Notes: generated by a model not told the origin, from the letters alone. Shown: positions 53,684 to 63,042, numbered from the stretch's first letter. The stretch: 64,000 nucleotides of DNA from an uncultured Aliarcobacter sp. (GCA_963664305.2 CAXXLV010000002.1:1504001-1568000); one strand, 5' to 3'. Program-made: numbers and translations.

Positions 53684-54381
53684 ATTTCTCCTTCTAATAT
53701 TTTGGGATAAGTTTTAAATAATCTATTTTTTATTTCATCAATTTTTTCCATATCAAACTCTTGATTATTTTCATTTTTATATTCATAGATTATTTTGGCT
53801 GGATTTTTACCAAAAAACAAAATCCTATTTGAAAGATATATCGCTTCACTTAAATCATGAGTAACTAAAATCACACTACTTTTAAACTCTTTGCAAAGAT
53901 TTAAAAAAAATCTTTTTAGATTTAGTGCAGTTGGAAAATCCAAAGATAAAAATGGTTCATCAAGAAGTACGATTTTTGGTTCATTGATAAAAGTTCTAAT
54001 CAAAGCAATTCGTCTTGCCATTCCACCAGAGATTTCATTTGGGTATTTTTCTAAAATATCTTTTTTTAATTCAACAAAAGATAAAAACTTTTCAATCTTT
54101 TTTATATCTTTATTTTTAGAAAATAAAAGCAAATTCTCTTTTATTGTAAGCCAAGGTAATAATAGATTTTCTTGAAACATATATCCGATATTTGAAGATT
54201 TTAAGTTTACATTTCCTATAAACTCTTTATCCAAAGAAGCAACTATTTTTAATAAAGTTGTTTTACCACAACCAGATGGTCCAATAATTGATAAAAATTC
54301 TGAATCTTTTATATTGATTTTTATATCTTCTAAAATTTTGTTTTTTTCATAATATTTTGTTTTGATTTCTATATTTATCAT
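53680..54381 (-). CDS. NitT/TauT-family ABC ATP-binding protein
   Basis: GPSGCGKT, FQE..LLPW, ISGGMARR, LDEPF, VTHD. Confidence 0.9.
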   Translation of the reverse strand: MINIEIKTKYYEKNKILEDIKINIKDSEFLSIIGPSGCGKTTLLKIVASLDKEFIGNVNLKSSNIGYMFQENLLLPWLTIKENLLLFSKNKDIKKIEKFLSFVELKKDILEKYPNEISGGMARRIALIRTFINEPKIVLLDEPFLSLDFPTALNLKRFFLNLCKEFKSSVILVTHDLSEAIYLSNRILFFGKNPAKIIYEYKNENNQEFDMEKIDEIKNRLFKTYPKILEGEI

Positions 54382-54382
54382 T

Positions 54383-55117
54383 TTAAATCCATCTTCTATA
54401 TTTTTTTTCCATAGGAGTTAAAAACAATCTTTCAAACAAAAATATAATAAAAATAAAACAAAAAGTATAAGCAAATATTGATGTTATATCAAAGTATTGG
54501 AAAAACATAGAGATTTGAAAACCAACTCCATCACTTCTTCCTAAAAGTTCAACAACCAAAACCAATTTCCAAATCAAAGATATAGCAATTCTACTACTTG
54601 AAATCAAAGATGGATACAAATAAGGAATATAGATTTTAAATAGCGTCTCTTTAAAATTTAGGTTATATACTTTTACTAATTGTAAATATTTTTTATCCAA
54701 AGAACTAACTGCCTCTTTTATATTTACAATGATAATTGGAACTTTGTTTATAACAACAGCTAAAATCAAAGAAAAATCAGTTAATCCAAACCAAATATAA
54801 CAAATAACTATTGTTACAAGAGCTGGAATATTTAAAGCAATTAACAAAAAGATAGAAAAAAAGTTTTCAATTTTTGTTGAAATTCCCATCAAAAATCCCA
54901 AAAATATTCCAATAATCATAGTAATAACAAAAGCTAAAACAACTCGATATAAAGTAATACTAATATTTTCAATCAAATCTTTGTTTTTAAAATGTTCAAC
55001 AATAGAATAAAAAATATCAATCAAAGATGGAAAAAGTTCTGAATTTACTAAAAGTGAAATTGCTTGCCAAACAATACAAAAAAGAATTATTGAAAATATT
55101 TTTGTTTCATTAAACAT
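54383..55117 (-). CDS. NitT/TauT-family ABC permease
   Basis: LNIPALV..YIWFGL, WKLVLVVELLGRSDGVG. Confidence 0.88.
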   Translation of the reverse strand: MFNETKIFSIILFCIVWQAISLLVNSELFPSLIDIFYSIVEHFKNKDLIENISITLYRVVLAFVITMIIGIFLGFLMGISTKIENFFSIFLLIALNIPALVTIVICYIWFGLTDFSLILAVVINKVPIIIVNIKEAVSSLDKKYLQLVKVYNLNFKETLFKIYIPYLYPSLISSSRIAISLIWKLVLVVELLGRSDGVGFQISMFFQYFDITSIFAYTFCFIFIIFLFERLFLTPMEKKYRRWI

Positions 55118-56074
55118 TTATTGAACCTTATAAAAAATATCTTTTTCTAAAACTCTGCTCTCTTGTGATAAATCATCTTTTCCTTCATTTAATAAAAGTG
55201 AAAATATTTTTTCTATGTCTTTAATATTTTCATTTGTAAAATCTTTTATAATTGATTTTTTATATCCCTCTTTTAATGCTTCAAAATCATTTTCATTATC
55301 AACTTTCATTATATCTTTTAATCTATCCCACTCTTTTTCGCTACTATTTAAAATATCTTTTGCTTCAAAACTAGCCTTTAAAAAAGAGTTTATTAAATCA
55401 TGATTTTCAATTGAAAAATCTTTATAAAATGTCCAACCAACAAAAGGAATATCACTATTTACTCCAAATTCACTAAAAACATTTTCCATTAGAACTAAAG
55501 GTTTCATACCAAATTTTTCTAATTTTGCATTAAAATGCCAATAATTTATACTTGCATTCAAAGACTCATCTTCCATTTTTTTATATAAAATTGGTGCTGT
55601 TGCAAAAACTGGTTTTACTATATTTTTTAAATCTAAATTATATTTTTTCTTTGCATAAGCTCTTAAAATAATCCAAGTTTTATCATCAACTCCACCTGCA
55701 ATTCCCAATTCTTTATCTTTTAAATTTTCAAAAGTTTTTATTTCACTTTTAGGATTTATATAAAGAGTTCCTGTAGCTTTTGAATAAGGATAAAAAACAA
55801 ATTGTTTATTTTTATCTCTTTGTGTATTTACCCAAATCCAATCATTTACAATCATATCTACACTTTTTGATTGAAGTGCGATTAATTGGGCATTTTTTGA
55901 AGCTAATTGAGTAAGTTGTAAGTCAAATCCATACTTTTTATCAAGTTCATAATGTTTAATTACATCTAATTCCCAGTTTACTGTTCCATAATTTAAAACA
56001 CCTATTTTCAAAACATTTTGTGCATACAAATTTGATATTATTAAAGCTACTATAAATAGGACTTTTTTACTCAT
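55118..56074 (-). CDS. Periplasmic binding protein, PqqT-like (probable PQQ binding)
   Basis: IGVLNYGTVNWEL, FYPYS, GIAGG.DDKTW.IL, NYWHFNAKLE resemble Methylorubrum PqqT as recalled; SD favours ATG at 56074. Confidence 0.72.
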   Translation of the reverse strand: MSKKVLFIVALIISNLYAQNVLKIGVLNYGTVNWELDVIKHYELDKKYGFDLQLTQLASKNAQLIALQSKSVDMIVNDWIWVNTQRDKNKQFVFYPYSKATGTLYINPKSEIKTFENLKDKELGIAGGVDDKTWIILRAYAKKKYNLDLKNIVKPVFATAPILYKKMEDESLNASINYWHFNAKLEKFGMKPLVLMENVFSEFGVNSDIPFVGWTFYKDFSIENHDLINSFLKASFEAKDILNSSEKEWDRLKDIMKVDNENDFEALKEGYKKSIIKDFTNENIKDIEKIFSLLLNEGKDDLSQESRVLEKDIFYKVQ

Positions 56075-56103
56075 AATTACTCCCAATTTTTATTAATTTT
56101 GCA

Positions 56104-56188
56104 ATTGTATATAAATTTTATAGCGTGAATTTAGCAATGAAAAGAATTTTTCCATCGCTATAATTAGGCTATAAAGAGGGTTTATAAT
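56104..56188. promoter_or_regulatory. Divergent promoters, each with a paired GCTAWA box 9 nt from a -10 hexamer
   Basis: Minus: TATAGC 56119, TTTAGC 56130, -10 TACAAT 56104-56109. Plus: GCTATA 56157 and 56168, TATAAT 56183-56188. Confidence 0.75.
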
Positions 56189-56221
56189 TCCACTAATCAA
56201 AAAAAATTGAAAAGGAAAATT

Positions 56222-56626
56222 ATGAAAAAAATAAGTTTAGCGGTTTTAGCAACTGCAGTTTTTGCTTTTGGACATGGAAGTGTTACACCTCAAGCAATTG
56301 ATACAAAATCATTAAAACAACTTGGAAAAGAGTGGTTAGGTGAGAATCCTTATAAAGGTGACAAAAAAGCTGAAGAGTTAGGAAAATATGCATATAGCGA
56401 AAACTGTGCTAGATGTCATGGTTTAGATGCAATTTCTGGTGGGGTTGCTCCTGATTTAAGAGCATTAGATGAAGGGATTGATGGTGATGAGTGGTTCTTA
56501 GAAAGAATCAGAGGTGGTGCTGTTAGAAATGGAAATGTTTATATGCCTCCATTTGAAGGTGTATTAACACAAGAAGCTATGTGGGCTATTAGAGCTTACT
56601 TAATTACATTACCAAAGCCTGAATAA
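56222..56626 (+). CDS. pedF: Cytochrome c550 (PedF/ExaB), electron acceptor of the PQQ-ADH
   Basis: Signal peptide, HGSVTPQAIDT, CARCH haem motif, APDLR, YMPPF. Confidence 0.93.
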   Translation: MKKISLAVLATAVFAFGHGSVTPQAIDTKSLKQLGKEWLGENPYKGDKKAEELGKYAYSENCARCHGLDAISGGVAPDLRALDEGIDGDEWFLERIRGGAVRNGNVYMPPFEGVLTQEAMWAIRAYLITLPKPE

Positions 56627-57486
56627 TGTTTTTCAAACTTTTTGTAATTCTATTCTTATCTGTTCTAGCAATTGCAAGAAGCATTGACCAAATAAAAGAG
56701 AGTGGAGAAATCATCATAGCAGTTTATGAGGATTTTCCTCCTTACTCTTTTAAAGAAAATGGTGTTGCAAAAGGTATAGATGTAGAAGTTGGAAAACTAA
56801 TCGCTAAATCTTTAAATGTAAAACCAGTATGGTATTTTACGGGTTTTGATGAAAATTTATCTGCAGATTTAAGAAATACAATTTGGAGAGGAAATCTTAT
56901 TCACAAAACAAAAGCTGATGTAATGCTTAGAATTCCTTATGATTACGATTATCTAAGAATGACTGATAAATACACTGGTGAATTAGAAAATGAAAAAGTA
57001 TCAATAAAAGCTCCATATCAAAGTGATAAATGGATTATTGCAACACATAAAAAAGTAATTCCAGAGATAAAAACACTTGGTATTTTTGCATATAACACTA
57101 TTGGTGTTGAAGTAGATACGCTTCCTGATTTTCATCTAATGAGTATTAGAACTATTGGTAAAAATGTAAAACACTACACAAAATTTGAAGATGCTTTTAA
57201 AGATTTTAAAGATGGGAAAATTGATGCAATTGCAGGTTTAAAAACTCAACTTCAATATCTTTTAAATTATAAAAAGAATAAAGATTTATACTATCTTACA
57301 GATGGTATTCCTATGCTTCCAACTAATCATTGGGATTTAGCAACTGCTGTTTCTAGTAGTTATAAAGACCTTAGTTATCATATTGATAATGTTGTAGAAG
57401 ATGCTTACAAAGATGGAAAAATTAAAAAAATCTTTGAAAAATTTAATGTGGAGTATCAAGAGCCGATTTCAAAAACACAAAAATAG
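56626..57486 (+). CDS. Quinoprotein-associated periplasmic binding protein (PedG/XoxJ/MxaJ-like)
   Basis: VYEDFPPYS, DENLSADLRN.IWRG, ADVMLRIPYD; follows the c550 gene. Confidence 0.8.
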   Translation: MFFKLFVILFLSVLAIARSIDQIKESGEIIIAVYEDFPPYSFKENGVAKGIDVEVGKLIAKSLNVKPVWYFTGFDENLSADLRNTIWRGNLIHKTKADVMLRIPYDYDYLRMTDKYTGELENEKVSIKAPYQSDKWIIATHKKVIPEIKTLGIFAYNTIGVEVDTLPDFHLMSIRTIGKNVKHYTKFEDAFKDFKDGKIDAIAGLKTQLQYLLNYKKNKDLYYLTDGIPMLPTNHWDLATAVSSSYKDLSYHIDNVVEDAYKDGKIKKIFEKFNVEYQEPISKTQK

Positions 57487-57495
57487 GAGATTTAT

Positions 57496-58245
57496 ATGAA
57501 AAAAATATTTTTACTGGTTTTATCTTTTTTGATAATTCAAAATTTATACGCCAATAATCCAGTAGCTTCTCCTACTTTTGACTCACTATTAAGTGAATTT
57601 ATCAAAAATGACAAATATATTTTTGATGATAAAAATATAACTATCAAAGTACCAAGTTTTGCTGACAATCCAATCCAAGTGCCAATCTTCGTAGATGCTA
57701 AAAAAATAAAAAATGCAAAAAGAGTTATTGTTTTTGCAGATTTAAATCCAATCCCAAAAATCATTGATATGAATTTAGAAAATGGTCTTTTACCTATTAT
57801 TTCTGTAAATATAAAAGTAGCACAAGAGACACCTCTACGAGCATTAGTTTTAGATGATAAAAATATTTGGCATATTGGAAGTAAAAATATAAAAAGTTTT
57901 GGTGGAGGTTGTTCTGTTTCAAGTGCAGCTTCAGGAGATTCTGATTATGACAAACTTTTAGGTAAAGGTAAAGCTGAAATTTTTAAAAATGAAAATAGTT
58001 TTAGAATAAAAAGTTCAATATTTCATCCTATGGAAACAGGTTTAATATTTGGAAATACTGAATTTTATATAAATAAAATAGTTCTAAAAGCTAACAATAA
58101 AGAGTTTGGAGAAGTTTTAGTTTATTCTGCTGTTAGTGAAAATCCAAGATTTATTTTTGAAACAAATATAGATGAAAAAGAGTACAAACTTGAATTTATG
58201 GATACAGATTCAAATAAATTTATTCAAACAATAACTAAGGAATAA
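57496..58245 (+). CDS. Quinoprotein dehydrogenase-associated SoxYZ-like carrier
   Basis: ADLNPIP, GGGCS swinging-arm Cys, HPMETG, SENP. Confidence 0.85.
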   Translation: MKKIFLLVLSFLIIQNLYANNPVASPTFDSLLSEFIKNDKYIFDDKNITIKVPSFADNPIQVPIFVDAKKIKNAKRVIVFADLNPIPKIIDMNLENGLLPIISVNIKVAQETPLRALVLDDKNIWHIGSKNIKSFGGGCSVSSAASGDSDYDKLLGKGKAEIFKNENSFRIKSSIFHPMETGLIFGNTEFYINKIVLKANNKEFGEVLVYSAVSENPRFIFETNIDEKEYKLEFMDTDSNKFIQTITKE

Positions 58246-58247
58246 AA

Positions 58248-59150
58248 ATGAGATTTTTAATTCTTTTTTATTGTACATTTTTATTTTCTGCCCAGTTTGA
58301 TTATAAGTTAAAACCTATAAAATTAAATGAAAATAGCTACTATTTTTATGGAAAAGAAGAATACTTTTCAACAAAAAATGGTGGAGATATAGCAAACACT
58401 TCATTTATAATCACAAAAAACAGTGTTATTTTAATAGATACCGGAAGTTCAGAACTTTATGGTGAGCAGATTAAAAAGGCTATTTCTAAAATCACTTCAA
58501 AACCTATAAAATATATCATAAACACGCACCATCATCCTGACCATTTTTTAGGAAATAGTGCTTTTATAAATAGCAATATTTATGCTTCAAAATTTACAAA
58601 AGAAGAGATAGAAAACAATGGAGAATTGTATATTACAAATCTAACAAATTTAGTTAATGAAGCAATATCAAATACTAAAGTAAAAGCTCCAAATCAAATA
58701 TTAAATTCAAAAGAATTAGATTTTGATGGTTACAAGTTGAAAGTTTTATATTTTGATGGACATACAAAAAGTGATGTTGCTATTTATGATGAAAAAACAA
58801 AAATTCTTTATGCCTCTGATTTAATTTTTAATAAAAGAACAATGGCTACACCACATGCAAATATAAATAAGTGGATAGCCTCTTTAAAAGAGTTAAAAAA
58901 TATAGATTTTAAACTCACAGTGCCAGGACATGGAATTGCTTTTGAAAATAAAAGTGTAATTGATGAAAATATTAATTATTTAAAATATTTGGATAATACT
59001 CTAAAAAATAGTGCAAAAAAAGGACTTGATATATTTGAAATTTTAAATCTTCCTATTCCAAAAGAGTTCAATAACTTTACAATGTTTAAAGAAGAGTTTG
59101 AAAGAAGTGTTATAAATCTTTATCCAACTTATGAAAAAGAGTTAAATTAA
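58248..59150 (+). CDS. Quinoprotein relay system zinc metallohydrolase (SoxH-like, MBL fold)
   Basis: NGGDIAN, IDTG, THHHPDHFLGN, GHT, VPGHG. Confidence 0.85.
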   Translation: MRFLILFYCTFLFSAQFDYKLKPIKLNENSYYFYGKEEYFSTKNGGDIANTSFIITKNSVILIDTGSSELYGEQIKKAISKITSKPIKYIINTHHHPDHFLGNSAFINSNIYASKFTKEEIENNGELYITNLTNLVNEAISNTKVKAPNQILNSKELDFDGYKLKVLYFDGHTKSDVAIYDEKTKILYASDLIFNKRTMATPHANINKWIASLKELKNIDFKLTVPGHGIAFENKSVIDENINYLKYLDNTLKNSAKKGLDIFEILNLPIPKEFNNFTMFKEEFERSVINLYPTYEKELN

Positions 59151-59157
59151 AATTAAT

Positions 59158-60603
59158 TTAACTCTTTTTCTTTGAAACTTTTTCCATAAATCTAAAAAGT
59201 AATCTAACACCTGCACCAGTTGCTCCATAAGGATTACAATCCCACTCTTCTTGTCTATACGAAGGTCCAGCCAAATCAAAATGTAGCCATTTATTTTTAT
59301 TTTCTTCTTTGATAAATTTACTTAAAAATATCGCTGCTGTTATTGCTCCACCATTTTTGTTTGAACTTGTATTTATCATATCTGCAACTTCACTTTTTAA
59401 TCTTTTTTCTAAAAATTGATTAAAAGGTAAGAAACCTACTAATTCACCTGATTTCATTGAAGCTTTTTGGATTTTTGATTTTAACTTATCATTATAACCC
59501 ATAATTGCATGAGTATAACCACCAAATGCCATAATACTAGCTCCCGTTAAAGTTGCTAAATCAAAAATATAATCTATCTCTTTTATTTCATCTTGTGCGT
59601 AACATAAACAATCAGCAAGTACTAGTCTTCCTTCAGCATCAGTGTTTGTAACTTCTATTGATTTTCCATTTTTTGCAATCAAAACATCATCTGGTTTATA
59701 TGCATCTCCACCTATCATATTTTCAACTGCACCAATTATTCCATGAACTTCTAAAGGCAAATTATATTTTGATAAAACATCAAATATTCCCAAAATTGCA
59801 CTTGCTCCTGCTTTATCACATTTCATTGATACCATTCCATCACCTCTTTTAAGGCTTAATCCACCAGTATCATAAGTTACGCCTTTTCCAACAATTACAA
59901 TCTTTGCTTTAGCTTCTTTTGCTTTATATGATAGATGTACTAATTGACTCTCATTTACAGAAGCTTTTCCAACACTAAACATTGCATTCATACCATTTTT
60001 TAAAAGATAATCTTCTCCAAAAACTTTACATTTTATATTTTTATTTTTTGCAAGTTCTAAAGCTTTTTGAGAAAAACTTTTTGGAACAAATTCAAATGGA
60101 GGAGTATTAACTATATCTCTTGTATAGTTTACTCCTTGTGTTAATAATAGAGTTTTATTTAACTCATCTTCTAACTTTTCTTTACTTTTAGAACTTGATT
60201 TGATTGAAATCTTTATCTCATTTATATTTAAAATATTTTTTGAATTTTTATATCTATCAAAACTATAACTTCCAAGCATTAAACCTTCAACAATATCTTT
60301 TATTTTTAATTCTAATCCATTTTGATTTATGTCTAATTTGATAGTTTCAATTTTTTTATTTTTTAAAAAATTTATAGTTTTAAATATTGCTATTTTTATA
60401 TTTTCAGATTTAAAATCCAAACAAGAGATATAAAGTATTTTTGATTCATAATCCAAATGGATATTATAAGAATCTTTAAAAAAATTTATTTTTTCTAATG
60501 TTTCAATAAGTTTTGTAGATAATTTTTCACTTTTTTGAATAATTTTCAGTTCAAAAAAAGCATCAATTTTATTTATATTTTTTTCATAAAGATTTATTTG
60601 CAT
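59158..60603 (-). CDS. pepA: M17 leucyl aminopeptidase
   Basis: GKGVTYDTGG, MKCD, NTDAEGRLVLAD, ATLTGA. Confidence 0.92.
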   Translation of the reverse strand: MQINLYEKNINKIDAFFELKIIQKSEKLSTKLIETLEKINFFKDSYNIHLDYESKILYISCLDFKSENIKIAIFKTINFLKNKKIETIKLDINQNGLELKIKDIVEGLMLGSYSFDRYKNSKNILNINEIKISIKSSSKSKEKLEDELNKTLLLTQGVNYTRDIVNTPPFEFVPKSFSQKALELAKNKNIKCKVFGEDYLLKNGMNAMFSVGKASVNESQLVHLSYKAKEAKAKIVIVGKGVTYDTGGLSLKRGDGMVSMKCDKAGASAILGIFDVLSKYNLPLEVHGIIGAVENMIGGDAYKPDDVLIAKNGKSIEVTNTDAEGRLVLADCLCYAQDEIKEIDYIFDLATLTGASIMAFGGYTHAIMGYNDKLKSKIQKASMKSGELVGFLPFNQFLEKRLKSEVADMINTSSNKNGGAITAAIFLSKFIKEENKNKWLHFDLAGPSYRQEEWDCNPYGATGAGVRLLFRFMEKVSKKKS

Positions 60604-60673
60604 AATTATTCCTTTGGTTTTAATTATATATTTTTAATACCAAAAAAAGGATTTTATTTAGAAGAAAGAGTAG

Positions 60674-60702
60674 ATATTTTAGAGGAATTTCCTCTAAAAT
60701 AT
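60674..60702 (-). terminator. Hairpin at end of fbaA
   Basis: atattttagagga-att-tcctctaaaatat. Confidence 0.65.
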
Positions 60703-61769
60703 TAGTTTTTATTTAAAGCACAAAGATCAGAGAAAGCAACTTCAAGTCTAGCTATCATTGTTTCTTGACCAGCTCTTAAGAATTTTCTTGGGTCATAGTA
60801 GTTTTTATTTGGTTTATCTTCACCTTCTGGGTTACCGATTTGTCCTTGTAAATAATCATGGTATTTAGCTTCGTAAGCTCTTACACCATCCCACATTGCC
60901 CATTGAGTATCAGTATCAATGTTCATTTTAATAACACCATAAGAGATAGCTTCTCTAATTTCACTTAAAAGTGAACCTGAACCACCATGGAAAACAAAGT
61001 CAACTGGTTTATCAGAAGTTTTTAATTTATCTTGAATATATTTTTGTGAATTATCTAAGATTTTTGGACTTAAAACAACATTTCCTGGTTTATATACACC
61101 ATGAACATTTCCAAAAGATGCAGCAATTGTAAAATTCTCTCCAACTTCTTTTAATTTTTCATAAGCATAACAAACTTCTTCTGGTTGTGTATAAAGTAAA
61201 GCATTATCAACATCACTGTTATCAACACCATCTTCTTCACCACCAGTAATTCCAAGTTCAATTTCAATCATCATATCTAATGCATTCATTTTTTTGAAAT
61301 ACTCAACACAAATTTCAATATTTTCTTCTAAACTCTCTTCACTTAAATCAAGCATATGAGAAGTAAATAAAGGTCTTCCTGTTTGTTCAAAATGTTTTTT
61401 ACCTGCATCTAATAATCCATCAATCCAAGGTAAAAGTTTTTTTGCTGCATGGTCAGTATGTAAAATAACTGGAATACCATAAGCTTTTGCCATTGTATGA
61501 ACATGGTTTGCACCACTAATTCCACCAAGAACTGCTGCATCTGAAGTTTTTAAACCTTTTCCAGCATAAAACCCAGCTCCACCATTTGAAAATTGGATAA
61601 TAACTGGCGAATTAACTTTTGCCGCTGCTTCTAAAACAGCATTAACTGAATCAGTTCCTACAACATTAACTGCAGGAATTGCAAAATTGTTCTCTTTTGC
61701 ATAATTAAAAAGTTTTTTTGCTTCACTACCAGTTAAAACACCTGGTTTTACTACATCTAATACACCCAA
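60702..61769 (-). CDS. fbaA: Class II fructose-bisphosphate aldolase
   Basis: HTDH, GGEEDG, FGNVHGVYKPG, FHGGSG, YYDPR. Confidence 0.98.
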   Translation of the reverse strand: MGVLDVVKPGVLTGSEAKKLFNYAKENNFAIPAVNVVGTDSVNAVLEAAAKVNSPVIIQFSNGGAGFYAGKGLKTSDAAVLGGISGANHVHTMAKAYGIPVILHTDHAAKKLLPWIDGLLDAGKKHFEQTGRPLFTSHMLDLSEESLEENIEICVEYFKKMNALDMMIEIELGITGGEEDGVDNSDVDNALLYTQPEEVCYAYEKLKEVGENFTIAASFGNVHGVYKPGNVVLSPKILDNSQKYIQDKLKTSDKPVDFVFHGGSGSLLSEIREAISYGVIKMNIDTDTQWAMWDGVRAYEAKYHDYLQGQIGNPEGEDKPNKNYYDPRKFLRAGQETMIARLEVAFSDLCALNKN

Positions 61770-61779
61770 TTTAATCTCC

Positions 61780-62589
61780 TTATTTAATTACTATTTTTGC
61801 GTCTTTTCTTAATTCGTCTGTTAATTCTTTTACTTTTTTATTATACGTATTTCCTAATAAAATTTGAGAAATATTTCCTTCTACTTCATTGAAAGTTAAA
61901 GATTTTGCAGGAATTTTATCTTTTAAATAAATAATATGATAACCAAATTGTGTTTTTGTTGGAACTTTAGAATATGCACCTTTTGCTAATGCTTTTGCTG
62001 CAGTTGAAAATTCTGGAACCATTTGATCTGCTGCAAATTTACCTAAATATCCACCATTTTTTTTACCAGTTGGGTCTTCAGTTTTAGCTAAAGCTAATTC
62101 TTTAAATTTTTCTTCTTTGTTTGTAGCTTTATCTAATTGTTTGATGATATCAAAAGCTTCTTTTTCAGTTTTTACTAAAATGTGACTAGCTTCTAAAGTT
62201 TCTGGCATAACAAATTTTTCTTTGTTTTTTTCATAGAAATCTTTTTTTTCTGCATCTGTAAATTTGATTTTTTCAATTTGATTTTTTTGCCATACTTGGA
62301 AAGCTAAATCTTCTTTGATTTTTGTAATTGTTTCAACATATTGAGGATCTTTTTCAATTCCTTCTTCAATTGCTTTTTTAGCTAATAATTTTCTATTGAT
62401 TATTTGCTCTAAAACTTGTTTTTTTGCATTCTCTGGTAATTTATCAAAATCGATTCTTGGATCTTGTAAAGCCATTGAGATATCTTGTTTAGTGATTTGC
62501 TCACCATCAACTGTAGCATAAAAATCAGCTGCATTTAAAGTTGTAATTAAAGCAACTGAAGCAACGAAACTAGACACTATTTTTTTCAT
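61780..62589 (-). CDS. peb4: PEB4/Cbf2 parvulin-type peptidyl-prolyl isomerase
   Basis: Signal peptide, ASHILV, GGYLG.F..QMVPEF, KTQFGYHII; upstream of fba as in Campylobacter. Confidence 0.88.
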   Translation of the reverse strand: MKKIVSSFVASVALITTLNAADFYATVDGEQITKQDISMALQDPRIDFDKLPENAKKQVLEQIINRKLLAKKAIEEGIEKDPQYVETITKIKEDLAFQVWQKNQIEKIKFTDAEKKDFYEKNKEKFVMPETLEASHILVKTEKEAFDIIKQLDKATNKEEKFKELALAKTEDPTGKKNGGYLGKFAADQMVPEFSTAAKALAKGAYSKVPTKTQFGYHIIYLKDKIPAKSLTFNEVEGNISQILLGNTYNKKVKELTDELRKDAKIVIK

Positions 62590-62728
62590 TTTATTCCTTG
62601 AAATTATATTTGGCGTATTTTATCTTTTCATAGTTAATAAATAGTTGAAAAAATTACTTTTTCTTTGTAATTATTTTGTATTCAAATTATAGATAAATTC
62701 GCACTTTCTACACATTTTCTAAAAAGCC

Positions 62729-62760
62729 TTACATATCTTTTAAATATAAAGATTATGTAA
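62729..62760 (-). terminator. Imperfect hairpin downstream of the HTH gene
   Basis: ttacatatcttt-loop-aaagattatgtaa. Confidence 0.45.
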
Positions 62761-62784
62761 ATATTTTTCACAAAAATTGCACAC

Positions 62785-63042
62785 CTATTTTATCTTTTCT
62801 TCTAGAAGTTTTATTTTTTCTTCTAAAGCTTTAATTGTTGGAATCATTTTACCAACTACTTCATCTAAATTCGTATATCCTTCTAGATTACCTTTGATTT
62901 CATTTTCTTTTTGTAAGCCCAATTCAATCAATTTAATTAATTCAGGTTTTGTATCTATCCAGTTATAAATTGTTCCAACAGATATATTAATTCTATCTGC
63001 AATTAATTCTTTTTCTTTTCTCGTTAGTTCTTTAATATACAT
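62785..63042 (-). CDS. Small helix-turn-helix protein with C-terminal coiled coil (phage/plasmid repressor-like)
   Basis: IADRINISVGTIYNW HTH signature; SD GGAAAGGAG favours ATG at 63042. Confidence 0.7.
   Translation of the reverse strand: MYIKELTRKEKELIADRINISVGTIYNWIDTKPELIKLIELGLQKENEIKGNLEGYTNLDEVVGKMIPTIKALEEKIKLLEEKIK

Noticed and set aside
57496..59150. Sox thiosulfate oxidation genes
   Set aside because: Fused SoxYZ-like and SoxH-like genes only; no soxAXBCD; operonic with pedF
62620..62760. dif/att site or tRNA at the putative element boundary
   Set aside because: No cloverleaf and no convincing match to the recalled difH consensus
300..62968. Short ORF-track entries of 60-130 aa antisense to or inside larger genes (e.g. 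38271-38657, 43653-44024, 48682-48996)
   Set aside because: Shadow frames of well-supported genes with no recognisable motifs
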